Shown here: one piece after another, positions 34,980 to 48,453 of the stretch
How the letters are laid out: each line of letters starts with the position of its first letter
Numbering within the stretch: the first letter of the stretch is position 1
Assembly (NCBI RefSeq): GCF_001194135.2
Contig: NC_068984.1
Location: forward strand, 29,595,723 to 29,650,708
Source of the DNA: Octopus bimaculoides
Taxonomy: Eukaryota
Direction: 5' to 3'
DNA: 54,986 nucleotides
Program-made: the position numbers and the translations under genes
Notes under the pieces: model-generated
What the model was told of the DNA's origin: nothing
The model's database searches: none
The model's input: only the letters and a program-made list of their open reading frames with translations

Positions 34980-35298
34980 AAAATGTAAAAAAGCCAGAAT
35001 GCTGAACTGGGAGCATAATTTAATGAAGATTTTTTCTAACCGGTTTTCATTGCGATGAAGCAAATTATCAAGAAGGAGAATGAAACTGTTTTTTTACAAA
35101 GAAGTACAAAAAAGTACAAAATGAAGAAAATAATATATAAAACAATAATATATAAAAAAAATAAATATACCCATACATTATATTGTCTTTGAGCTTTTGT
35201 AGTTCAATAGTAGTATATATGTAGTATATATGTATATATATATATACATATATATGTGTGTGTGTGTGTGTGTTTGTTTGTGCATGTATATATATATA

Positions 35299-35396
35299 CG
35301 AAACCGGGCTTCCTTCAGTTCCCGTCTACCAAATCAACTCACAAGGTTTTGGTCGGCCCGAAGCTATAGTAGAAGATATTTGCCCAAGGTGCCACG
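35299..35396 (-). mobile_element. Truncated Ceph/OR-like SINE
   Basis: Homologous to 23358-23450 (CGGGCTTC..CAG.TCCGTCTACCAAATC.ACTCACAAGG.TTTGGT.GGCCCGAAGCTATA). Confidence 0.8.
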
Positions 35397-35776
35397 TTTC
35401 TTATTTCTTTATTGCCCTGAAGGGGCTAAACAAAGAGGGGGCAAACAAGGACAGACAAAGGGATTATGTCGATTTCATCGACCCCAGTGCGTAACTGGTA
35501 CTTAATTTATCGACCCCGAAAGGATGAAAGGAAAGACGACATCGGCTGAATTTGAACTCAGAACGTAACGGCAGACGAAATACCGCTAAGGATTTCGCCT
35601 GGCGTGCTAACGTTTCTTATTTCTTTACCGATCACAAGGGGCTACACACAGAGGGGACAAACAAGGACAGACAATCGGATTAAGTCCATTATATTGACTC
35701 CAATGCATAACTGGTACTTATTTAATTGACCCCGAAAGCATTTCACCCGGCGTGCTAAAGTTTCTGGCAGCTCGCC
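35397..35776 (-). mobile_element. Head-to-tail dimer of type B tRNA-SINEs (35397-35612; 35613-35776 with internal deletion)
   Basis: Both units begin TTTCTTATTTCTTTA on the plus strand and are reverse complements of 17191-17421. Unit 2 lacks the B-box segment (join at about 35738, AAG microhomology). Confidence 0.85.
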
Positions 35777-36292
35777 AGCAAGATGCTCCGTTTCTTATCA
35801 CAAAGCCATGGGTGATGCAGCTTTTATACTAAGAAATTTTTGATTTTGGAGTCAAGCACTAAAGTGTCGAAACACCCCTTACACTATTATATCACCAATT
35901 TGTCTTCTCTCAATAGCACATGCACTCAGACAAACACCTTGTTATACGCTATTCCATCACTTAACATCCGATACGAGACCGATAGGTGACATCGCCTGAG
36001 CTGGATCTATAATACTCTATCGTTTGAAATTAATATACCTACTCTATTGACAAATATACGGGCCTATATTTTCAGACATGGATTCTTAGACGACTATATG
36101 TGTGTGTGTGTGTGTNNNNNNNNNNNNNNNNNNNNNNNNNNNNNNNNNNNNNNNNNNNNNNNNNNNNNNNNNNNNNNNNNNNNNNNNNNNNNNNNNNNNN
36201 NNNNNNNNNNNNNNNNNNNNNNNNNNNNNNNNNNNNNNNNNNNNNNNNNNNNNNNNNNNNNNNNNNNNNNNNNNNNNNNNTATATAAATGTG

Positions 36293-36325
<33 letters not shown>

Positions 36326-37929
36326 ACACGGACATACATCTATGTAGCTATGTTCCACGAGTATATTATAGCAAACTAGAGATCGATTTGAAGAAAATGA
36401 ACTATGTTATAAAAATATTTAAAATAAAATTTGGAAATAAATATTTATTATGTTGGTAGAGGTAATTATATAGATAAGAGGAAAGAAAGAGGAATGAAAT
36501 GAACGAATAAATGTAAGAAGAAAGGAAAAACGAAAGACGGAAATACAGAAAGAAAAGATGGAAATATAAAAAAGAAAACAAACTGTAAATGTTTTCATAC
36601 GTAAGTTTAATAAAGAGGCATCACACTTCACTGTGTAAATAAACTTAGCAAACAAACAATAGTGTGCACTTGTTGGCGTAGAAAAAATAGAATTGCTTGG
36701 AAGAACAAACAACAAACAGACGCTGTTGAAAACGCTTATGTTATCGTTAACATGCTGAGAATATTCTTTAATATTTAAGCGTGTTGTCAATCAAATCGTT
36801 TATGCGATCGATTTCTTGCTGAAAGTTTCAATCCCTCTCAGAAACTTGCTTCATAGACACCTATCATTAGTATATCTTAGCAACATCAAAGATTCTATGG
36901 TAGAATACTTTTCAAATATGCTATCATTGATCTTCATATTTATAGACGTTTCTAATTTATCTTTCGTTAGTAAATTTTAGAATGTTCAAACAAACATAAC
37001 TACTATTCTATATTGTAATGATCTAATCGATTACTACAAAACCTTTGAAAATCGTGAAAGAGTTAAAGGTAATTATTGATGAAAAGCGCAAGTGTAGAAG
37101 TTTTAATGGCTAGACTGGCCTTATTTCATACAGAAATCCACGATATCTATCTGATATTGTCCTTAAGAATTATAATCTCCGCGAAATAGTTTCACACTTT
37201 TCACAAATGAAGATCACGTGAAGATATAATTTCCAATTATTTTCACCTTCCATATCCTGTCCACGAGTTTTCACTTCCATTGAGTAGCTAGGATTGCATA
37301 TTTCAATCATTATTATAGTTCAATGAACGTTGTTGATCAGCTCCATGCCTGATTCGATGAAGCAGGGTTATACTCAACGATGTCTGGAAAAAATTTCTGC
37401 GATGATCATTCGTCTCTGAAGTTTAACGCACATCAGGCTCCATTTATGATGTCCCTTTTTTCAGATGGGAGAGTGTAAACTGAAAATATTTGGCAGTTAT
37501 TTTTCTGCATAGCAGATTGACCGCGGTGATGTTCACTTGTTGTTGGCTCAAGTGGTTCCCTTTTAAGGTGCAACAGACCTTCACCTTTTACATATAACAT
37601 CTGTGTACTGCATCGGTTAATGATATATTATACCGAATTTCTTTACGACGAACATATGAATAGACAGTAGTTATCTAAAGTCTAATAAATCGAAGGAAGA
37701 AATTTTCTTCTTGTCAAGAAATTCGAAGATTCACGTTAAATATTGAAAATTGTAAATATGGTTAGCACTTGTACATCTCTTCGTTAATTAAAAAAATCAA
37801 TCTAGATATCTATTCATAATGCATACATAATTAAATGGTGACATCACACAAAGGGTTGTGGTAAGTACTGTGACGGTTGACTATGCATATATCATTTTTT
37901 TTGCCAACCACCCCCCAACGGAATACAGT

Positions 37930-38152
37930 CAAAATATTGGTTTCAAATTTTGGCACAAGCCTAGTAATTTCGGGAGAGAGGGTAAGCCGATTACAACGAT
38001 CCCAGTACTCAAATTATACATATTCTATCGACCCCTTAAAGATGAAAAGCAAAGTCAACCTCGGCGGAATTTGAACTCAGAACAAAAATTCAGATGAAAT
38101 GCCGTTAAGTATTTTAAATGGCATGATAACAATTCTGGCAGCTCGCCGCCTT
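37930..38152 (-). mobile_element. tRNA-derived SINE, tail type A, older copy
   Basis: AAAGTCAACCTCGGCGGAATTTGAACTCAGAAC...TCTGGCAGCTCGCCGCCTT is the reverse complement of the SINE head. Confidence 0.85.
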
Positions 38153-38394
38153 AGAAGCCAACGAAAACATCAAAAACTCTTTTGTGGAGGAGACTATTAT
38201 ATGACATCTCTTCCTAACACAGCTACTTCAATATAGACTAGAAGACATACTAGTTCGTGCTAGTTTCGTCAAGTATTTAATCTAAGAATCGTAAGCGATA
38301 AGATAAGAATGACTGGACAAACTTTTGACAAGAGCAGTCACAAAGAAAAAAACTGACGAGAGTAACATGAACAGCAAGATAAAACAACAATGAC

Positions 38395-38495
38395 TTGTAA
38401 TTGAGGCCAAGGGAGTAGCATCGATTAGATTGATTCCCTGCTTGAGTGGTACTTATTTCGGTCAGAATGAAAGGTTAGAAATTAACTTAAACAAT
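38395..38495 (-). mobile_element. SINE fragment (tail and central domain)
   Basis: TCGATTAGATTGATTCCC...GGTACTTATTTCG..AGAATGAAAGG resembles the reversed central domain. Confidence 0.5.
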
Positions 38496-38550
38496 TAAAT
38501 TATGTAAAATTTGTCTTGCATTCTTGTGATTCTGCAATCCACTATCCTTA

Positions 38551-38640
38551 ATGATGATGATGATGATTATGTTGTTGATGATGTTGATGATGATGAGGAT
38601 GATAATAATAATAATAATGATGATGATGATGATGTTGATA
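38551..38640. repeat. (GAT)n/(AAT)n compound trinucleotide repeat
   Basis: Read directly from sequence. Confidence 0.9.
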
Positions 38641-38864
38641 TCTTTCTGTTATTGATGTCTGCAACGCAGCATCAATTAATACAATATAAACATTATACGG
38701 ATGGGTTACCAAAAATTTTAGAAAGAGCAAAAGTACCTTAATGAACAAGGCGGAGATTAAGACAGCATATTCATTTGATATCATTGAGGTATAGAAATAA
38801 ACGTAATTACAGAAAGGATGAACGATAATTAAAAGACAATAAAATTAAACTTAAACATTTAGAA

Positions 38865-39130
38865 CTGTAGCTCCCAAACTGCTTCGAGTTGCCACTCCCT
38901 TGGCAGCCAGGTCACATTCCTAGTACCCACCCCCACTCACAACCACAAACACAGACCATTTTCTACATCAAATTCAAAACAGCTCTATTTCACTAATACA
39001 ACTTAACCTAATTCACCCAGTATTTTGTTGTTTTTACATCTGTCGCTCCCTTTTGGCCACCCCATTATCGCCCCCACATTTTTTTAGCGCTCCCTTGGAT
39101 CTTTCCATAACCCCTAGAGGGAAAGCGCTG
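38865..39130 (-). mobile_element. hAT (Charlie-like) MITE with perfect 8-bp TSD
   Basis: Ends CTGTAGCTCCCAAA...GGGAAAGCGCTG. ATTTAGAA at 38857-38864 and 39131-39138. Reverse-complement homologue of 48454-48739. Confidence 0.85.
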
Positions 39131-39730
39131 ATTTAGAATAATACACCTTTACACGCATAAGAATCCTCTAGATATGTCGTCTGTAAATATGTTCTGCCAA
39201 TCTTCCAGTCATGTTCTAACTTCTCGTACGAACTCGCGAAGAGTTCTGTAGCAAAATATCTAGGAATGGACACACCACCTTTCTTACGAGTTACTTGATG
39301 TCACGCCCAGCAACCTCGAGTTACAGCAAGCTGGAGGTTTTATTCCGAATGTTATCTATGGTCAATAATGATATAATTTAAGGAAAATTGACCATATTCT
39401 GTTAAACTTGTAATATTTTCGATTGTGAAACAGTTTCAACTGAATCAGTTACATTCAATTTGACGTTGGTTTGGATTAGAATCTGGGCAGTAGGCAAAAC
39501 AACCCTTATTCAGGGACTTTTAGAGCGGCATGGGCTACTCAGTCTGAAGACAATTCTAATTGGGCCCCCATTTGCAAGGTCATGCGCTGTTTATCTTGAT
39601 ATTAAATCATCATGTCGCGTTCATATGGTTGTGATGTATGTACCTGATGTACCCTTATCAGACAGGTTGCCATGATGGGTGTACTGGGCTTCGTATATAT
39701 TACCCCAGTGTCACTTTGTTGGCATGCGCT

Positions 39731-39782
<52 letters not shown>

Positions 39783-40316
39783 ACTCACTGAATAGTAATA
39801 ATAATGATAGGAATTGTAGCAAAATTGCATTCATTTACAATATTCTCAAATTTTCGTTTAGCAAAATGTGCATGAGTGATATTGTGATATTGTGATATTA
39901 TCGATGATCCTCTTTGCTATGTAATATCATTAGGAATGTCTACTTCAATGTGACTGTTACCTTTCAAACCAAAAAAAAAAAAAAGAGAAAACGAGATAAT
40001 TTTCTTGAAAATATGTTTACATTTGTGCCGTGTTATTAAAATTGCTTCCTTTCTCTTATATGCGACTTAACTTCAGAGGTGAGATTTTTTTAAAATCTAT
40101 GTACCGATTTGTGAGAAAAAAACATAAATTTAAATTTCTCAAAATGGCTGATCATTTTTTGAATTCCTTCATCATCGGGAAGATATTACAAAAAAAAAAA
40201 AAAAAGTTACAAATTAGCTCTCTGAACCAAATATTTAAAATGAAATGGTTTTTCCTCTAGTAACTCTTGCTAGCAAAACTTGAAAATGCACGCATTTCCA
40301 CATCAGAAACAAGTGG

Positions 40317-40317
<1 letters not shown>

Positions 40318-40385
<68 letters not shown>

Positions 40386-40430
40386 CACTACTTCTACTGC
40401 TACTGCTGCTGCTGCTGCTGTTGCTGTTAT
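40318..40430. repeat. (TAC)n then (TGC)n trinucleotide repeat
   Basis: Read directly from sequence. Confidence 0.95.
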
Positions 40431-40794
40431 TGTAAGTGCATTACTTACATAATGCAAATAATTTGTTGATTTGTACATATTCGTTGAGAAAATTTAGGCA
40501 GACAGAAATCTTGAGAAAATCAATAATTTGAATGGTAAATTAAGTAGATATTGATTATTTCGTGGCTAGTTTGTAATGTGAGTTTCTCATTATCAGAAAA
40601 CTAAGGGAGGTGATGGCGGTTGGGTGGTCGAACATGAAGATATGTTCCACTACAATCTTAAATAGTTTTGTTTTCAGTTTATATCATTTCAACAAACACT
40701 TGTGCACATTTATGCTGATAGAGAAATACACACATAATGACAATCGTATATGCAGGTTCAATTACACACAGATACACACACACACATAGATAGC

Positions 40795-40834
<40 letters not shown>

Positions 40835-41859
40835 AAGTCTATTAGTGATTCTGTGCATGCAACGACATGTTTTTGTTCGTGTTTTTATATGCATGCACAT
40901 ATGTATAAGTATATTTTTCAGTTATGTATATTCAGGTAGGTATCATACTTAACACAAAATAATGGCAATCGCATATATTGAATGCAATCCTTGAAATAAT
41001 AGCTGTTGGAGAACGGATGTAAATTAATTCCACTTAATTCACTGAATATCTCAATTTGTTATCATGTTACTGTTTTACAACACTGGCTGGTGCGGTTTTA
41101 ATTTCTTCAGCCATGTTGTCTTTATTTTTTCGTTAATTTTTATCTTGTTTCTTAAAGCATTTAAACACTTAACTTTTTGTTTTTCAAATCTTCACATTTT
41201 TTTTTGCCAATTTCCGATTGCCAATTCGAATATTCTAATCCTGAAATTCAGTATTGCCAAAGTATTCTTGTAACAAATAATGGTCGATTATGTCGTTTCA
41301 TTATTGAGCTAGAATAACATCTATATTGTAAGTGAAAAGCATCGTTTGAGGATTTAAGCAATGTAAATTAAATTATTATCATGTTTTTGAGGAAAAGTTT
41401 ATAAACTATTAAACAATCATCTAAACCCGCACAAATACATACATACATACATACATGTATGTATGTATGTATATATATATATATGTGTGTGTGTATGTAT
41501 ATGTATATATCATATATATATATATATGTATGTATACACATTCGTAAATAAAATACAAAATATTCACATGCTTGTATATATATATATATATACATTTGAA
41601 CCCTCTTAACAAGTCGATGTGTACCTACATACACATGCACATACAAACACATATAAACCCGAGCACAGATATACAGGAACATACATATATATTATGTGTT
41701 TGCTTCTTTTAATTATATGAAATCTCTCTCTAAGGAAGGAGCTCGTTTCTAAGAAAGTTGTAATACTCTATCGTTTGCCAATATATAGTATACCGTTTTC
41801 TTGTATATATGTGAATAGGTTTATATGTGTTTGCAGGTAGGCATCGACTTGTTAAGAGG

Positions 41860-41906
<47 letters not shown>

Positions 41907-42029
41907 CATTGTAAAACCAATGTTGCATTTTGAATTTGAGAAAGATTTTGTACATTATTAGTCATCCATTTAGAAGTTGCATTTTTAGTATGCGTGTATG
42001 CTGGTTGATTCATTTACTGAAAACACTAC

Positions 42030-42290
42030 CATTTTCAAAGTGTCATTAAAGAATTCATTATTGATCTGAATCTATATTTATAATCTGAATATTGAAGCTG
42101 AAGATTTCGAAGACGTTGTCCATTCTTATTATCCTCCTTCTCTTTCATTTCGAAAACATTTTCACATCATCCTGCTTACTGATTTCTGTAACGGCACTGA
42201 CTTTTTTTTCTTCTTTTTCAAACAAGTATATCCAGTTGTTATGTTTGCATTCCGTAGATATTTTGATGAGAATGTTCTTCGATGAGAAAA
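42030..42290 (-). mobile_element. Decayed REL-endonuclease C-terminus of an R4-like non-LTR element
   Basis: Frameshifted minus translation TECKHN/LDILV...VTEISKQDD...EKEDNKNGQRLRNLQLQYSDYKYRF resembles HNRPDIVV...EISxPxD...EKE..Y.xLLRxLQxLYP. Confidence 0.5.
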
Positions 42291-42914
42291 GATCATAAAG
42301 AAGACAGCAAGACTTTTATTGACTCTTGCAATACTTGCTACATAATTACCTATCTATTAATCTTAAAACGCTAATATTTAATATAAGTTAACCATATATG
42401 TGCAAAACGTAACCTCGAACACAATTGAATTAAAGAAGTGTAAAGAAAACATCTTAATTAATTTAAATAATCAAATCACTCTTGTGACATAACATGTTAG
42501 ATACAGTATTCCAAATTTGTTTCGTGTTAATATGCCCCGTTCAGTATAGTGCGACGTAGGAAGAACTGAAAGAAGAGAAAATAAATTTAAATAGAAGAAA
42601 AATACTCGAGAGACATGGATAGAAACGAAACAAAAATATTAATATAGAGAGGAAACAAGTGGAAAAAATAAATTTAAATAAACAAATCATTATTATGATG
42701 TAACTTTTAGGTATTATTTTCTTCTAATATGGTGTTTATATATCCTGCTCAGAATGATGGAAGTTACACAGACGAGAGAGAAGAGAGAAATATATTTAAA
42801 TAGTAAAAAGTAAATCATGTGAAAACAATGGCTATACTACTTGCAGCTAAAAAATATCGTCATACGAAACAAATTGATGCAAATATAACAAAAGAAACAA
42901 TGTAAACTGCTTTT

Positions 42915-44330
42915 AAAATACCAAATTGAAAATCTCCAAGTGGTGTTGAGGGATTCTGGCTTAAAACTTTCAAAAACAGCAATATGTTTCGTTTATATAG
43001 CTTTCTGGTTTTTAATTTAGCAGAAAGCGGAATGCCATTTTTGATGGGAAAATGACAGCGTTAACACAGGAGAATAAACGACAAAGACAGTATGTTGCTA
43101 ATAATTGACCTAGTACAAACTTTCCATTGCTCGGAAAATTGCTAACTGGCATCTTAGCAGATGAATTGTATAACTTTCAATAATAGAGAAAGTAGTCCCC
43201 CACCCCCACCCCCCAAAAAAGCAAAAGGGATGCTGATGAAGTCAATGGGAACGGCTGATCCGATTTATATCGCAAACATATACAATGTGTTCGTTGGAGA
43301 AATTACAAGAAAAGAAACTATAATGTACCACACTATCGGCTAAGACGTGTTTAAAAATACTGGAGGCCAATGAGAAGATTAAGATAAACGAAAAAAATAA
43401 AACATCTGCTATATATGAAAAATCTTGGATTTTTTGCTTACTGAGTAAGGGCATTTAGCAAGGACAATAGTATGCAGCTTTGGATGGATAAATACCCAGT
43501 TATGAAGAGAGGTCAAAATAATAAATACATGAAAATATCACAATATATTATCAGATGATTTGAAGAGGATGAAAGGCATGGATTTCTAAGGGTATTGCAG
43601 GATAATAATGGAAAGAGAAATGAGAACGTTTCCAAAGAGTATAAGTGTTAAACTAGATGGCTTATAAAAAGAAGACTAACTGCATGATTTGTCCTAAAGA
43701 AAATCTGTACATGGGCTGTGTCAATGAACAATGATGGAGATAAATTAATTGGAAAGAAGAATTGGGAAGCTACTCCAAATGCATAGACCATAACATCCTA
43801 AAAGGAATCGCTATAATCTCTGTTTAAAACGGCAGGAAGGAAGCAGAGGTTTATTAAATGCATAAGACACCACGATTTGGGGTTTGAAAAAAACCCGAAT
43901 GCTGAAGTCACTGGAACAATAAAAGATTTCATGAACTACATAGCAAATACCCGGAAAATAAAGATATCCATGTTACAATCATACAACAAACTAGTCGTGT
44001 TAGAAGGGAAGAACGCTGGTTTTGGATGGAAGATAAAAACCTAAATATGCCGCTCAGCAATATGCCGTTAGAACAAACTTGCTAGAGAAAAAATTGACAA
44101 AATTGGCCATAGAGCAAACAAAGAATCTGTCGTAATTGGTGTAATCGGTGCATTCAGCAAAACACTCAAACAGCTACCTGAGAGAATGAAAGGTACTGAA
44201 AATAAGACACGTACAGACGACCTGCAGAAATGTACCATCGTGTATTCTGCGACAATTGTAAGAAATATCTGTGGCATTCGAAGAGATCTGTTACCACCAA
44301 ACATCAGGATTCCTAAAATTAAATTAGCTG
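42915..44330 (+). mobile_element. Decayed R4/Dong-clade non-LTR retrotransposon (RT to C-terminus, heavily deleted)
   Basis: PNxKSPSGVEGFWLKTF; LGKLLTGILADELY; KGMLMKSMGTADPI (KGCRKGSRGTKDQL-like); SDDLK; GRKQRFI (GGRGL-like); VVIGVIGAFSK...DLQKCTIVYSATIVR (VVIGALG...LQKxxLxxTAxILR). Confidence 0.8.
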
Positions 44331-45879
44331 GCACATAGGTACGGATCTCGATATTTCATGGCGAATGCCATAGTCAATTTCATGCATTGTAGCACTTGAC
44401 GTGTACATCATTCATATAACCTTCTATGCTTGAAAGACAAATGCGATCTTGACCATACTTGATCTCCCCTTGCAAAGTTAATTCGTTAGATATTGCTTGG
44501 AATTTTATGCCTCAACCCTAGCGATTCTATCAATTTAGTATCGCATATTAAATTTTAAAGATAAACAAATGAAATTTCATATCTGTATAGTGATATATAC
44601 AGTTTAGGGTGATTTACAGGACTCATACAGGTATTATCGAGTTAAACTAACGTTGATGGAACACCCGCATCATCATGAGTAAAGAGAATGATAACTGAAT
44701 AGTTGCATCATTTCTCTCGAATATTTTAACCACTGTCTATGAAATAAGTTTAGAATTCTGTAGTCGAATGCAAAGACCACCCCATCAACCTACCTTAACC
44801 GACTTGTTAACATAGTAAATCTAGTCATTAGAAATTTCTAGTAGTTAGTTATCTTTATTCGTAATTTAGAGATATCTCTTACAGTTAAAATTTTGAATTG
44901 CTAAAAGTTATCTTTATTCATAATTTAGCCATTACGAATATTTAATAGTTCTCTTTATTACTTCGTTTATTTAAATTACGAATTAGAAATTCAACTTGTA
45001 ACACATTTCTTGCTTAGGTATAAAATGTGATTTCTGGTGCAGGATAATTTAGGATAAGTGACGTGTTATCCTTTCTGTTGTTTACTTTGTTATTTACATC
45101 CGAATATATTCTATCCAGGGCCACTCTATCTATATTCGCATATAGTGGATTTGGGATTGTATTTTTCGATATGATATTTTTAATGCAGAAAATGTTATTG
45201 TGTTTTCTAACAGGCAGAATTATAAGGTAGAGCTTACTTCGGCGGCCAACTCTCCTCAGCAGTCTAATAGATTTTGGGAAGTAGCTATACATGAATGAAA
45301 ACCAAATCGAATATCATGTTTAGTGAGTGTTCACACAGGTGAGATCTCTAGAACGGCAAACTCAATATTACGTAATATTAAGTTTACCCTTATTAGGGAT
45401 TTTTCGTTCTACTATGTTTTGAAAGTAGCTAGATATAGCTGGGTTAGGGAGGTCAAATATAAACCAATAATGATAGTTGTATTAATTAATATCGAGCCCC
45501 AAAAGTATAATTTACTTAAAAGGAGTCCATATTATTTCATTTGTATTTCAGTGTTACAAGAATTATCGCTAACTCCGATAACACTACCATCATCTAAATA
45601 TATCTTACAATAACAAATGTTAAAATTTCTTAGTTGTACGAAATGATTTTTCTTGAAAAATGTTACGGATTGATTAGTGATCTTTGAGCTTCTACATTAT
45701 CGCTAAATCTAATATCTAAAGCAACTAAATATCATTTAAATAACATCCTACTCTCATCTTGTAAACGCAACTTTACACCAGACAATGTCATTCTAGATGT
45801 GCAATTACCCACAGCAATATAGAATATTCATGACTGAAATGCATTTGATTATAAGTCAGTACTGACCAGAGATAAGCAC

Positions 45880-45934
45880 TACCAGCACCAGCTCCACCAG
45901 CACCACCAGCACCACCAGCACCAGCACCATCACC
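45880..45934. repeat. (CCA/GCA)n repeat running into an N gap, (CAA)-rich after the gap
   Basis: Read directly from sequence. Confidence 0.9.
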
Positions 45935-47769
45935 NNNNNNNNNNNNNNNNNNNNNNNNNNNNNNNNNNNNNNNNNNNNNNNNNNNNNNNNNNNNNNNNNN
46001 NNNNNNNNNNNNNNNNNNNNNNNNNNNNNNNNNNNNNNNNNNNNNNNNNNNNNNNNNNNNNNNNNAATAACAGCAACAATGACAACAAGAATAACCGCAA
46101 CAAAACAACAAAAGTTTAGTCCTCAGGGACCTAGATTAGTGGCACTAATTGACCGGATCAAGAATAGCATATGGTTTATTTTTTCTTTTTTCCTGTGACG
46201 AATCGTATTTGTAAGATCGAGGGGCAAAATCTTAAATCCAATAAAACACTTCTCTATTGTTATATTTTACTTCTGCCAGTAAAAATAAGCTAGCAACCAT
46301 TGAAATTTATTACATTTTGATAATATGCAAGGAAGTGCTTGTTGGCTGGTTAATCGCTCTGTTGTTTATTCACGAACTTCCTGTGTAATCCGATATATTA
46401 GTTTTTATAAATTTTCCTACGCATAAACGATTTCCGTGCCAAATATTGATTTTTGAAAAAAAAAAACACACACACACACACAATAACAACAAAAAGCAAA
46501 AGTGGCATGACATCGCAAACAGAAGAATCAGTTGATGAGTAGCTTTAGAATTACAGTTCATGATATATGTCTTGTGAACCAGATGACGTTGCTGACGCAC
46601 CTATCGACTGCAGTACTCGCGAGATTTTATCAGAGAAGAGTGTAATATATCGTGTAAACAGGGATTGGGTAAGTTGACGTCAATGAATATGTTAATCACC
46701 TCAGATGCACAGTTGTGTTTCAGTTAGAAGAATCTGAAGAATTGACCAACCAGTGTACTGTGTTATCGAAGAATTGCTTCAGACTCATATTGTCTGGTAC
46801 ATAAATACACACATACATACATACATACATATATTCATATGCTCATATCAATACATGAATTCATGCATACGTACGCTCACACGCGCATGCACGCATTCCT
46901 CCCCACAAAGCATAATCTATCAGGTGTAAGGATAGCCAAGAAGCGTAGAGTAGAAGCAGAAACTAATGCCATCTTCTCATCACTTAAACACATTGATACC
47001 GTGGGGGTGGGGCCAACGCAAATTGATCGGAAGGGACTGGGTTTCCACTTTGATCCTTGCAGACTGTTTTTAGGTATGTTGCAGAGCAAACACAGATTTG
47101 TTATTTGTAACTATGTTAAGGTAAAGGAAGTAAAGAGCAGAGTGTTGAAAGCCAAGAGCCGAGAGCAGATAGCTTCATTTGATTAAATGCTGTTAGCAAA
47201 GGCAGATGACAAGATGGTAAGTATCAATGTGTGATAAATGCAGTTACAGGAAGGTAGACACATCGAAATTCATCCTTCACAATTGTTCACTGGGTTGAAC
47301 AGATATTCTTGGAGGTACAATTTCGTTCTTTTAGATTTCTTGAAGGTAGCAAATAACCAAATTACTCTAATCAACAGTGTCAAGTGCCATTTAAAAAAAC
47401 AGCAACTAGAGATTTTATCACGTTCGTGCGCCCACAACAGAACCGTATGAAGAAAAACGTTTCTGTGCACGATGAAAACTGGAACGTTTGTAGGAAGGTG
47501 AATGCAGATTTGCTAGTGTGCTAAAGATTCATCACCATACCAATTTCGAAAAAAAACCCAAAAAACAAAAAAAGAACAGATAGGAAAAGAAAATGGTAAA
47601 TCTGAACTAGCTCGGGATTCCTGCGAAGATAACATGGACGCTGCTCGGACTCGAAATATCTACTATTATGTATAAACTTAGATATGTTTTAACTTGCAAC
47701 TATACGCACAAATACTCATATACATATGAATGCATACATTCACGCAAGAGTATATCCGACGGAGACTAA

Positions 47770-47930
47770 CTCTTAATGATGGTGTTTGTACTTTGCAGTG
47801 AAACTCTTTTCCTTGATTATGAGCGTGTCCCACAGGAAGACAAAATCTTTAAGACAACAGATAGATGCTTTGCGAATGACGTGAAAGTATATGACAAAGG
47901 AGATGTCACTTGGTTAACTTTTGTTTCTAG
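47770..47930 (+). mobile_element. Small CR1/L2-type RT relic
   Basis: ERVPQE (GVPQG-like) followed, after an apparent deletion, by FANDVKVY (FADDxKIY-like). Confidence 0.4.
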
Positions 47931-48453
47931 CTGATATTAAAACGAGGTAAAATTTTACGCCAGTCTAGCAACATCACTGTGAATGGTCTCAACCTATTTC
48001 TCCAGTAACGTACATACAATGCTATAAATACCTAATAACGAATGAATACATATCCTGTGATGGAACTTGCGAATATGAACGCATAACACGGATATATTAC
48101 TCCCAGATGAAAACTATTTCGTACTTATAACTCTTACGTACAAATAAATGACTGGTTGAATACGCGTCTCCTATATCAGTTCTCATACCAGTAAGTTAGA
48201 CTACGTGATTGCGATGTGGATCATAAAGGTTACCATCAGGAAACTGTTATCTAATACATATATACATGAACAATACTTCTCTGAGGACTTCCCTTCAACC
48301 TTGTTGCGTTTGGGGACTGCTTGTGGCTAAATAATTTTCTGGCACTAAAAAAAAGCGCTAAGTTCCTAGCTGTGCTACGGATATACTTTCGCCATGAGAG
48401 AATCTCGATTGCAGTAAAGGGTATTGTTTGGAGCAAGCGTGAAAATTCTAGAT

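Noticed and set aside
46900-47420. Possible L1/Tx1-type RT relic on the minus strand (ALDTVD, CSRLLAFNTLL) and a 115-aa plus ORF
   Set aside because: Motif resemblance is too weak to support either reading without a profile search.
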